Source: Azolla caroliniana (taxonomy: Eukaryota > Plantae > Polypodiophyta). Taken from it: a stretch of DNA of 64,000 nt. The notes beneath the pieces were generated by a model. The model did not search any database. It saw only the letters and a list, made by a program, of their open reading frames with translations, and had not been told where the DNA came from. Positions 32,488 to 44,500 of this stretch are shown one piece after another (position 1 is the stretch's first letter; each line of letters starts with the position of its first letter). The DNA lies in assembly GCA_043228905.1 (NCBI GenBank), contig JBHGNT010000015.1, positions 3,472,001 to 3,536,000 of the forward strand, in the 5' to 3' direction. The translations under genes and the position numbers were made by a program.

Positions 32488-34075
32488 CTCCTTGCCACCC
32501 GTGTTCACGTCGGGTTCACCAACTGTGTCGTGCCTTTCGGCTCCGGATCGTTGCGTGAGTCGGGTGGGAACCACAGAGGTCTTGGACTAGGAGAAAGAAG
32601 TTCGTGAGATAGAGATTAATTATGAATAAATAGCGAAGAGAAAGATAAGAAACTCGTGAATCACGCGAGTATACTATATTAATTGGTACTTAGGGTGTTA
32701 AGAGAGAAGTAGATGTATAAATCGTGAATCCCACGAATAATTTTTGTATTGATTAATACTTAATCCAAATAATCAACAACAACTACAATGTGCTCCCCAT
32801 CCTTATATAGTGATGGGAGAGACTAAGCATAGCTACATGCTTTTTCTCATATGTTCATGCACACTAAATGTGCATGTGATGCTTTTTTTTTTTTTTTTTT
32901 TTTATTTCCTAAGTATAGGGCTCATGCACGCTAGATGTGCATGAGTTATTTTTTAGTGTCTCGTGTTTTTTCTTTTTCATATATTAAAGAAATACACGAT
33001 TTACCTTTTAATAAAGGTATGCATAAATAAAGGTCTTATACATATTAAATCTATATTTAAAACACTTAAGATAATTTAATGTAATGGTAAGGTTGGGGTT
33101 TGTCAACGTGGAGGTGCAGAGTTCGAATCACGCCCTGCGCAGTAGTGAGTATTTCCTTCCTTTTTTTTTTTTTACATTTATGTCTCTTCCTTGCCGGTAT
33201 GCCGTTTTCCGTTTTCCTCCTTGCCGGTATGCCGTTTTTCCTCCTTGCCGGTATGCCGTTTTCTTCCGGTTCTCACCGAGCACTCCATTCTCTATCCGGA
33301 GGGACAAAAATATAATTTCCACATAGTGTGCAAGCTACACTACGACAGCGCGATAGGTAAGAAGACGACCACCGACCACGTAGAGTCGATGGCTACGGAC
33401 AAGGACGTAAAACGGACGGCCGATTCCTTGTGTCTTCCCACACTTGCTCCCGAGACGATGGCAGTCGGGCCCGAGTGCCCACGTGAGTCCCAAGCGGAGG
33501 AAGGCGGCGGCGAAAGGCCAAGAATCACCGGCGAGACGATACGGGGAAGGAGTGGATGAAAGCCCACAGGCCCGATTCCGGAGATCTCGGCATTCGGGCC
33601 CATATGCCCATGTAAGACTGAGGAGATGGACGGCGGCACCGAGGAGTCCTGGCACGATGCCAGCGAAGATGGATAGGAGATGGCCAGCGAAGGGGTCGAC
33701 GAGGAGACCAAAGAACGACCCGACCGGGGACGGAACCACGCGACGCTCCGATACGGGTGGAGCATGATCCGGTCGTGGATTGTTCGATCGGGGCCGGATT
33801 CGGCATAAAGGTGCCGATACGGGAGAGGGTGCGGGACGAGCTGCCCTCTTTTACATGGGGAGAAAGACCGACCGGGCGAAGGTCGAGAGTTAGAAGGACG
33901 AATGGGCCCGGACGAGAACCGGGCGGAGCGGACTCCCAGAAGAGAGCAGGCCTACGGAGAGGCCGAGGACACGGTACGTCGGTACCGCGGGAGAGGGTGC
34001 AGAGTAAACCGCCCTCTCGGCATGCGCTAAAGGACGATCCGGGACAATGTCGGGAAGACAAATCAGAAGCCCAAG

Positions 34076-34620
34076 GAGGATCCTTCACACCGGTTCTAGA
34101 GACTTCGGCAGTCGGCAACGCGGTCGACGTAAGACCAAGATATTGACGGTGGCGGCGAGGTGACAAAGGCAAAGGGGCTACGGATGGGCGGTCTACGGAG
34201 GATCCTTCACACCAGTTCTAGAGACTTCGGCAGTCGGCAACGCGGTCGACGTAAGACCACGATACTGACGGTGGCGGCGAGGTGACGAAGGCAAGGGCGT
34301 AAGGAAGTCCGGTCCTACAGGATCCCCACACTTAACCAGAGACTCCGGCAGTTCGGCCAACGTGGCAACATGAGACCGAGAGAGAAGGTTGGTGGCGGCG
34401 GGAAACGGGACCCGACTACGCGGAAGACACGAGGAGAGTCCGGGAGGGACTCAAACAAAAGACACCCGAATTTCGGCAAGCATAGAAACGGAGTCCGGTC
34501 CTATGGGACCCTCACACCGATCCGGAGACCCCGGCTGATCGGCCAACGCGGCAACGTAAGACCGATGGAGAAGGACGGTGGCGGCAGGGAACGGGACCCA
34601 ACGACACGAGGTTTCGGAAG
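34076..34620 (+). repeat. About 120-bp degenerate repeats in the E internal region
   Basis: Units GGATCC..CACAC..GAGAC..GGCAG..GGTGGCGGCG at about 34078, 34200, 34320 and 34505, with more near 33430, 34866 and 35222. Confidence 0.8.
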
Positions 34621-36178
34621 GAGCCGGTAGGGGCAAACACAGGGAGGTGTGTCAGGTTGGAAAGGCACACCTGGGACAAAACAAGAGTCTCGCAAGTGGC
34701 CATCGCGGGCCAGATCGAAGCGTGACTACGGGACGGTGTTCGGCGCGGACGGGGCCGAACGAAGGAAACGGAAGACGGCACAAGGGAGGTGCCGGGAACG
34801 AGGTGACAAGTGCCTAGTGGACTGCACAGGATCGGGGTCAGGGGATGGCAAGAGAGGCCAGAGGAGGATCCTCCACACTCGCTACGTAGATCTCAGTAGC
34901 TCCGTCGAAGTAGCGAAGACTGACACGGCAAGCCGGGATGACAAGCTGGTGGGGGCGAGGGGACGACGGCAAACAGAAGACTCAGGACCTGTTGCAGCAG
35001 CACGAAGACGGGAAGGGCCATGCAGGCTACTACGGGGTGTTCCTCGTATGCAAAGGACAGCAGTATGCGGGGAGCGGCGATGCACGATCTGGCCGGAAAA
35101 GGGGCCGACAAGGCGTGCAATGAACCGGAGTACGATACAGGCAGTGCCAAACAAACGGACGAGGGTATGTGGCACACGGAGGTGCCGGAGCGGGAAGGCG
35201 AGCGCGGGGAAGACCGAAAAGGGATCCTCCACACCGTTCCGGAGACCATGGCGGTTCGAGCCGACGCGGCGATGTAAGACCATGGAGAAGGAAGGTGGCG
35301 GCGAGAGGACAAGGGCATACGACGGGAGCGGGGCGTTCATACGGCCGAACAAGGGCTAGCAGAAGTACGCGTACTACGAAGATCGCGATAGAGGACCCAT
35401 CGACGGGTCGAACGAGCCTACGGGGAGGTAAGCGCGAAGGAGGAATCGAAGCCGACTAATCAAACCGGCAGCGAGCCGGGATGCGGATCACGGAAGACCG
35501 GTTTCTCACCGGCCTAAATCTCTCACCCTTCAACCGAACTTGGCACATACCGGTGGATGTGCGGTTAGGTGGGGGCGGATGTCGTGAAGAATTTCGGCCA
35601 GAGGCGGAAACCGGGAAACATTGGCTACATCGGCGGGGTGCAGCGTGTGTACGCACCCATGTACATTTAGTGTGAATAACGAGGGCGCCTTTATGGCGCC
35701 GAAGAGTAGTCAAGTCGGGACAGACGGTCCCATGTAAGTCGGGGTTTATCCCACATTGTAATGCATCCCTGTCCTTGTTCTATAAAAGGAAGGGAACACC
35801 CTTTGTGAAGGGGTTGCCCATTTTGCATTAGAGGGTATACCGTTAGGTTTAGAGTTAGTTTCTTCTTCTTCTCCCCCTTCGTGTTCGCTTAGGGTTTGCT
35901 GCAGCTCATCTCCTGCACAAGACCCCGCTCGGCGTGACGGGCCCGAGAGCTCCCCGACGGCGGCTTGACAGCAGACGACTGTTGTAAGCTATCTTGGTCC
36001 GGACCATAGCTGGGAATGTATTCTTCTTTTATATATATATATACGTTTGCGTCTTTCTGTGTATATTCGCGTCTATGTTGGTGCCGGGTGTTTCCCCCTT
36101 TCCTGCGTTTCCTGTACATAAGGGCGTGAGGCGGGTCTGTGTGTGTGTGTGTGAGAGTGTGTGTGCGTAAGTCGGTGT

Positions 36179-36222
<44 letters not shown>

Positions 36223-36353
36223 TCGGTTGCTTCCGGTGTGCTTCTGGGATGCCCCCGAAAACGGTGAAGCACGACTTCCTACGCTCTGTCACTCCCTAGT
36301 CCAAGACCCCCGTGGTCCCGCCTTTCTCCACACACGCCCATAACAATGCGACA

Positions 36354-38240
36354 GCGGGCCGTCCGATCCTTTCCCCGAAGTCCGCGATGACTTCATACAT
36401 TCCCATTGACCCTACCGGAACGGTCCGGTCTTCTCTAAGGTCTTCACCGATCACCTTTCGCAGTTCGCCCAAGGTGTCGTCAAAAGAGACCGCCTCCACG
36501 GCACCGCTGATGTCTTCGTCGGGGAAGAGGACTCTGCATCCCCTGAGCCGCTCCTCCGCTCGCTTCCTCTCCCGGCCACTGACGCCGGTTATAGTACAAC
36601 CTCCGTTGTCAGAGAACCAAAATTTCCTACCTATGGTACAGGTCTTCTTCCGTACTATACATTTGTGGGTTTCTTCCCGGGTGTCCGGACTATCGCGGCC
36701 CCACACCTTGATAGCCCTCTCTAAAAATCCCCTCGGGTTTCACCGCCGAGGGCCTCGCGGTTACGCTCGTGGTTTGGTCGCACCGTTAGGAACTGGACCG
36801 AGTGACGCCCGTCCTGGCTCTTGACTCTTGCATAGGCTGAACCATTGTCTAGCACCTTAGTATACATCTGTGCCGCCGTGATATACAGCTCTCCTAGTAT
36901 AACCGGATGCGAGGACGTCTCCTGCCCGAAGAAGTGTTGGTCGATCTCGACATCGCCGATTTTCACCCGTACGTTCAGACAGGGCCCATGTAGTTCTTCC
37001 GTGGCGCGCGTCGTTGCCCGTATCTTCCAGCTGTGCTTGGTGTTGATCGGCCATTTGCCCTTCTTGTAGAAATCCATGGACATCAGGTTGATTTCGGATC
37101 CATGGTCTACCAACGCCACCACCGGTTCCAGAACGTTGTCGATCCGTACGAGGGTTTCCGTAGTTGCCCTGGCCCAATGTGGCTTCGTGTAGTGGCTTCC
37201 CGCCAACTCGTCTTCTAGGGCTTCATCTTCCAAGTGCGTGGTCCACACCTCCACCGGCTTCTCCGGTTCCAGCTCCGTCGAGAGCCTCTTCCGCTTCACC
37301 AAGTCAACGATAGAGTCGTGGAACTCCCTCTTGGCGATTCCCAACACCTCCCACAATGACAGCTCCACTTTGTTGTCGAGGATACGTTCCTACAGGACCT
37401 TTCGCAGGTCTGTGGTCCTTTCGATTTCGGTGCTCAACCGAAACCCCGCCTGCTTCTTTCCGTCCGGCGCGCCTAGGTTGTCGGCGCTGGTCGGTTTCGG
37501 TCCGAACCGGGTCTCATACCTCTGTGGGGGACCGACCCCTCCGGCCTTTCCTGCCCGTTTGTCTTCCACCAGAACCTCGTAGTTCTGGCAAGCGGCTTCT
37601 ACGAAGCCCGTCTTCTATTCGACCGGATCGTCCCAACCGGTGACCTCCTGGACCCGCTGTTCCGCGCAGTCTGCCTCTTCCTTCTTCAGCCGAACTCCGG
37701 AGAGGCCCTCTAGCACTAGCGGCCAGAATCCGGAGTCCTTCACCTTTCGGGCCTCATCACTCCCAACCCGAATTCCCACCGACACTGAGTAGTTAACGGC
37801 TTCGACTTGTCGTGTCGCGGCCTCTTCCATCAACCTCTTCATTCCGTTACGCCCCGTATTCAGTTCTAGGGCTCTCCGGGTCTCGCTCGCATGCACCTGC
37901 CCATTCCATAGGTACACCACGTTGGTCCTGAGCGCGTCGGCGAAATCCGCGCAATCCTTCGAAATGTGACCGATCGCGTCACACCACATGCACCGCTGCC
38001 CAGCCGGCGGCCTCCGGTCGCGAGGTTGTTCGCCGCTGTCTCTCCGAGCGTGTGCGATCTGCAGGTCGCACACCATCTGTGTCAGCTCCTCCAGAGCCGC
38101 TCCTCCGGATGGGCCTTTGACCACGTCATTCGATGCCGACCCCGACTCTGGCCAGATTCGGGTCTCTTCCTTCCTACCGGCCGGCACCGATACCGGCTCG
38201 TCGAGCCTCCTCCCCAGGATCGGCCCCGACCCCGACGAGC
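36354..38240 (-). pseudogene. gag: G gag C-terminus, protease and pol N-terminus
   Basis: CMWCDAIGHISKDC, ALVDHGSEIN, and a GGATTTTTAG junction at 36721-36730. Confidence 0.9.
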
Positions 38241-38699
38241 TATCAGGAACTGCACGCTTCCTATGCGCAACGCTCGGCCACAACCGAGCTTAGAATCATA
38301 CACAGAAAACGGGAAATAGAGAACGACACGAAGAAGAGACGAGTACGTAGGATGTTTACGTGGAAAACCCAAACTAAGGGAAAAACCACGGCAGCCCACA
38401 AGCTACAAACTATCACTATGCTAGAATGTACAACAGTGAGTTCACGGAGGCAACGACCTTGTGCTCACGATCCTCGCCACAGGAGGCGGTTACAACAGAG
38501 GCAACGACCTCTTTCTCTCTCTCTCTCTCTCTGTACACAGTTCCGCGCTCACTCTCTCCTTACACCAACAAGAATGACAACAACAACTAAAAGTTTGCCC
38601 TAAGTCATATTTATACTAATATGAATTTTCGGCTATTTACAAATATAGCCATGATGGACTCTCAGAAACATATTTACGAATATGTCTCTTCATCCGGTC

Positions 38700-38910
38700 T
38701 TGACCGGGTCTGCACCATCCGGCTCTTCGTAGCCGGGTACTCCTCATCCGGTTCTCACCGGGTCTACACCATCCGGCTCTCCGTAGCCGGGGACTCCTCA
38801 TCAGGTTCTCACCGGGTCTACACCATCCTGCTCTCTGTAGCCGGGTACTCCTCATCCGGTTCTCATCGGGTCTGCACCATCCGGCTCTCCGTAGCCGGGG
38901 ACTCCTCATA
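38700..38910. repeat. 54-bp tandem repeat in the H LTR
   Basis: About 4 copies here, about 3 at 49150-49300 and about 6 in K at 53830-54125. Confidence 0.9.
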
Positions 38911-39011
38911 CGGTTTCGGCCTCGGCCTATCGACCTTGGCCGAGTTTGTTCATCAGCACTGTTCTTCTCCCTTCCCATCTGGAGGGACCTGTCTCCCAAC
39001 AAACTCCCCCT

Positions 39012-41569
39012 TCACTCCGGCATGGGGTGTCTTACTAGTCTGATCCCCTTCCAGCATGCATCCAGCTTGTCGGGTATCAGAACTTTGGTCAGCATGTCTG
39101 ACCCGTTCTCGGCCATGTGGATCTTCGTCAGTGCGAACTCCTGGTCATCTACTCTTTCCCGGATCCAATGATATCTTCGCTGGATATGCTTTGTCCGGGA
39201 ATGGTAGGCCGCATTCTTAGCAAGATGGATGGCACTTTGACTGTCGCAATAAAGTCGGTATTCATCTTGCTGGATACCGAGCTCTCCGATGAAGTCCTTC
39301 ATCCATAATATTTCCTTGCCGGCTTCCACAACCGCCATGTACTCCGCCTCCGTGGTTGACAACGCAACCGTCTTTTGCAGCCTCGACTGCCACGAAACAA
39401 CTCCCCCTGCATATGTCCTTACATACCTTGATGTAGACCGACTGGTATCCACATCAGCCAACATGTCCGAATCGGTGAAACCGTCAAGTTGAGGTTTTCC
39501 GGAGCCAAATCGGAGACACATATTTGAAGTGCCCTTCAAATACTGGAGTATCCATTTGACCGCGTTCCAGTGCTCCTTGCCGGGATTGCTCATAAACCGG
39601 CTCACCACTCCGACTGCGTATCCTATATCCGGTCGGGTACAAACCATTGCGTACATTAAGCTCCCGACGGCAGAGGCATATGGAATCTTCATCATATCCG
39701 CCTTCTCTGCTTTCGTCTTCGGGCTTTGCTTACCGGATAACCTGCAGTTTGCTGGAAGTGTTGATCCGACCGGTTTCGCATCTGACATGTTGAACCGGTG
39801 AAGCACCTTTGTCACGTACTTCTCCTATGACAGCCATAATTGCTTCACTGACCGGTTCCGAATAATATGCATCCCCAGCATCTGTCTTGCCGAACCCAAG
39901 TCTTTCATTGAGAAGGTCCGGTTGAGAGCCTTCTTCAACATCCGTATTTTGACTTGGTCTCGTCCGACGATCAACATGTCATCCACGTACAGAAGGAGTA
40001 TCAGGAAGTCGCCTCCTTTGAACTTCGTCACAAACACGCAGTGATCGGCCTGCGTCTTGTGGTACCCTTGATCGGTCATGAAGGAGTCGAACTTCCGGTA
40101 CCATTGCCGGGGGGCTTGCTTCAACCCGTAGAGGCTCTTCTTCAACCGGCATACCAGGTGCTCCTTCCCTTTCTCCACGAATCCCTCCGGTTGCTGCATG
40201 TAGATCTCCTCTTCGAGGTCGTCATCAAGGAATGTCGTCTTCACGTCCAGCTATTCTACCTCGAGGTCCATGCTTGCCGCTATACTCAGCACCGTCCGGA
40301 TGGAGGTCATCTTTACTATCGGGGCAAATATCTCATCAAAGTCCACGCCCTTTTTCTGCTGGAACCCCTTCACCACGATCCTGGCTTTGTATCTCGAGGG
40401 GTTGCCGGCATCTCCCGGTTTCAACTTGTACACCCACTTGTTTCGGAGTGCCCGCTTTCCATTCGGCAACTCCACCAATTCGTACGTATGGTTCTCATGT
40501 AGGGAAACCATCTCATCCTGCATGGCACTTAACCATTTGTGACTGTCGGTGTCATCCTTCGCTTCTTCAAAGCTTTCCGGCTCCCCCTCATCAGTCAGCA
40601 GAACATGCTCTGCATCCGGAAATCTCCGGGGCGCCCTTCTCTCTCTGAGAGGATATCTCCATCTCTGGGCTTCGGTAACCGGCTCCTCTATTTGCTCTTC
40701 ATCCAAATCTGATTCAGGGTCTTGGCCAGTTCCGGTTTCAGCTTCCTCTACTTCTTCTTCTGCCGGTTCGATATCCTCACCGTAACCGGCTGGCTCCTCG
40801 AGTGCTAACCGGTCTCTTGCAGGTTGGGTCTGTTCATTGTAGAGTCTATCCTTACCGGTCGACTCGGAGTTCATTATCTTCTTCTCCAACTCCCAGTCGG
40901 CAAGCGTCTTGTCCTCCATGAAGATAATATCTCGGCTCCGGAATACCTTCTCGTCGACCAGGTCCCACACTCGGTAGCCGAACTCATCGTCGTCGTAACC
41001 GAGGAATATGCATGGTCGGGTCTTTGGATCTAACTTTCCTCTCCGGTCCTTAGCTACATGCACGTACGCGAGACACCCGAATACCTTCAGATGCCGGTAG
41101 GACACTTCCTTACCGGTCCAAACTCTCTGGGGCGTGTCTCCGTCCAAGGGTATTGAGGGTGATCTGTTTATCACATATGTCGCCGTCGACAATGCCTCAA
41201 CCCAAAACTTCTTGGGTAGTTTTGCATGCGCCAGCATACTCCGGACCCTATCCATTATGGTCCGGTTCATCCTCTCGGCCAGTCCGTTTAGTTCCGGCGT
41301 CTTCGGCACGGTAAATTCGAGCCGGATTCCCTTCGAGCGGCAGTACTCCTCGAACTACCCCCGGTATTCTCCTCCGTTATCTGCTCGAACCGCCTTCAGC
41401 TTCCGGCCGGTTTCTCTTTCCACTCTCGCGTGGAGCTCTTTGAAGACGGATATCAACTGATCCTTCGTCTTCAACGGTGTGGCCCACAGCTTCCGGCTGT
41501 GGTCATCTATGAACGTCACGAAGTACTGCGCTCCGGCATGTGACTTCGTGTCTACTTGACACACATCCG
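39012..41569 (-). pseudogene. pol: H pol (INT, RT, RH)
   Basis: NGLAERMNRT, RYKARIVVKGF, LYVDDM and RTKHIQRRYH, with internal stops. Confidence 0.92.
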
Positions 41570-44500
41570 TGTAAAAAGTAACGTGCGGAAGCAAGTATGA
41601 AGACCGAACAGAAGGAAGGAAAAACAGGTTCAATGGAGAGCTTGAGCTTAAGCGGTATACGCGGGAGAGACAAAGAGAGAGAAACACAAAAAACTATATT
41701 CAATAGTAGTACTCAATCTGTACATAAGACGTGCTCAGTGAGCACTTTTATACAAGTCCTAGAAGGACTGACCAAAGTACTGACAGTACTTCAATGCTCA
41801 TCAAGAGCCCCTACACTAACTCCCAAGTATATTCCTCACGGAATATCTTTCCTAACGACCTCCCGGTTTACGCACTCGGCCTAACCAATCGGTCCCAACC
41901 GATCCGATCCTCGGCTTCTTCAGCCGATCCAGCCGATGTTGAGCTTGTCTCTCAACACTCCCCCTCAAGCTCAACTTGAGGCTCTTCGGGATCTTCACAG
42001 CACCGGTTCCTCCTGGCTTCACGCCTCGCTCGCGCTCCTCGACCTGTTCGACTCCGCGCGCTTCGACCCTTCCGGTCGGCTTGTTTGCTCATGCGGCCCT
42101 TATCAACTCTTCTGTTGTTGTGGTGTTGACGCTTCTCCTGCTGCCTTTTCTTCCGCTTGGGCCTCGGTTGATTCAGCGTGTCTGAATCAAACATCCAAAC
42201 CGACTCGGCTACCTCCGATCGGTCTTCGCTCTCATCCGAGTTGGCTGTCTCCAACTCGTCTTCGGTCTTCTCACCCTCGATGGCGTCATCTTCCTCATGC
42301 GTGGTTGGCTTCGGCTCTCTCCTTCGGTTGCTCCCCTTCTGTCTGCTTCCGAACTTTTCCGCGGATCCGCCCTCAGCTTCTTCAGCCGATCTGATGTCGA
42401 ACATGTCAACCGACTCGGTGTCGCGGTGTCCGCTCCTTTCTTGCTGCCTTGCTTGGTCGTTCGGGACTGTTCTCCCCCTCAAGTTCGGTACGTCAAGGTG
42501 ACGCAACCCGAGCGCACCTGAGAATTGCCGCAACTTGTCCAGACCAAGTGTCTTGGTGAAAATGTCGGCAGCCTGCCGATCCATCGGAACGTACTGAAGT
42601 TCGACTTCACCGCAAAGGACACGCTCACGGACGAAATGGTAGTGCACCTCAATGTGCTTGGTCCGTGCGTGGAAAACAGGGTTTTTTCCGAGCTGGATGC
42701 TGCTGAGGTTGTCGTAGTAGATCGTCATCGGATCGGACACCTCCTCTTGCAGGTCCTTAAGTAGCCGCTTCAACCATATGGCTTCGCATGTCGCGACAGC
42801 CGCTCCTCGGTACTCCGCTTCAGTGCTCGACAGTGCAACTGTCGGCTGTTTCTTACTGCTCCACGCGATCGCGGCACTCCCGAGGGAGAACGCGTATCCG
42901 GACGTGGATCAGCGATCGGCGGCGTTGCCAGCCCAATCAGCATCGGTGTAGCCGACTAACCGCGTGGCTTCACCGGTCCGATATAGCAGTCCCCGGTCCT
43001 TAGTGCCGTTGACATACCGAAGTATGCGATGCGCACACTGAAGGTGCTCCTCGGTAGGTCGCGCCATGAACTGATTGATCACCCCGACCGGATAACTGAG
43101 GTCGGGTCGGATGATGGTCAAGTATATAAGGCTTCCGACAATTTGTCGGAACCTCGTCGGGTCGCATACCTTTCCCGTATCGGGACGAAGCTTGACGGTT
43201 CTGTCCAGAGGAGTCGAGATGGACTTACAGTCGGCCATCCCGAATTTGAAGAGCATACTCAGCACGTAATGACGTTGGCTGATCAATATGCCTTCGGGGG
43301 TACGAACCACTTCGATCCCGAGGAAGTAATGAAGGTCCCCCAGATCCTTCATGTCGAACAATGCCGCAAGCTGGAGCTTCACGCGGTCGATTTCACCTAG
43401 GTCGGCGCCGGTGATGACCAAGTCATCAACATATAGTAGAATACTAACCGGTCCAAGTCGACCTTTCTGGATGAACATGGACGAAGCCCATCCGACGCAG
43501 TTGTTGCGTGATCTTCGCATTCCAGGCACGCGGGGCTTGCTTCAGTTCGTAAAGGGACTTCTTCCATCGGCATACTGCCGAGGAGTTTGTTCCGGAGTGA
43601 AATCCGGGGGGTGGTACCATGTACACCTGTTCCTCAAGGTCACCTTGCAGGAACGCATTCTTTACATCCATCTGATGTAAGTGCCACCCCTTCGCCGCAG
43701 CTACTGCCAGCAAAACACGGACGGTCATCATTTTCGCGACTGGCGCAAACGTCTCATCGTAGTCGATGCCGTGTTTTTACACGTAGCCCTTTGCCACTAG
43801 CCGAGCCTTGTACCGGTTGAACGAGCCATCAGTGTTGTACTTGACCTTGTACACCCACCTACACCCGATCGGCTTCACACCCTTCAGTGCGTCAACCAGG
43901 TCCCAGGTCTCGTTCTCTGCCAATGTGTGCATCTCTTCCTTCATCGCGGCACGCCAATTCGCGTCTTTAGCCGCTTCTGCGTAGCTCTCTGGCTCACGCA
44001 CTTCCGCGACACGGGTCATGTACGCATAATGATGCGCCATGTACTCGTTGTATCCAAACCGCACAACTGGGTTCTTTTGGCGGGTAGATCGGCGTAATCT
44101 CACATTAGCCGATGTCGAGGCCTTCTCAGTCAACGCGGTCTTCATCTTTAAAGACCTGTCACCGGTTCCCTCGGAGTTGGACTCGCGTGGGTCTGACTCG
44201 TTCCTTTCCATGCCGGAATCCGACACCTTCTTCTTCCCTTTCTCTTTGCGCGTAAGCCGTCTCCTCGGCTTCCTACGCGGGGAATGCATGGCCGAGTCTC
44301 CACTACTCGTCGGCTCTTCATCGGACTGGTCGTACCGACTCAGTCGTCCAATCGGTCCACTTAACCGGAGTGAAATCGGACTTTCTTCGCGAGTCTCGAT
44401 TTTGGGCTCATCCGGAGGCATCTCGGCCTTGCTGACCTCATTGTCAGAGCTCGGATTGGAGTCGAGGTTCGTAGTCGGGGGGAGGTACCAGGACGCGGAC

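Larger units (their letters stand above)
25999..33347 (-). mobile_element. Near-intact Ty3/gypsy element D (7349 bp)
   Basis: LTRs 25999-26858 and 32526-33347 nearly identical, TSD GCGC/GCGC, Trp PBS, PPT 26859-26870. Confidence 0.96.
24221..36353 (+). mobile_element. Non-autonomous gag-only LTR element E (about 4.8 kb without D)
   Basis: LTRs 24221-24961 and 35580-36353, TSD GCGG/GCGG, Trp-type PBS, PPT. No RT or INT motifs found. Confidence 0.9.

Noticed and set aside
32504-32521. tRNA-Trp 3' end match
   Set aside because: Only 18 nt next to an LTR, so it is a PBS rather than a tRNA gene.
38900-38960. Hammerhead-like CTGATGA...GAAAC around a hairpin in the H LTR (minus strand)
   Set aside because: Stem II does not close next to the core, stems I and III are not evident, and K has CCGATGA at this position.
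38621-39043. ORF with an 18-aa repeat (also 49067 and 53895)
   Set aside because: It is a translation of the 54-bp LTR repeat.
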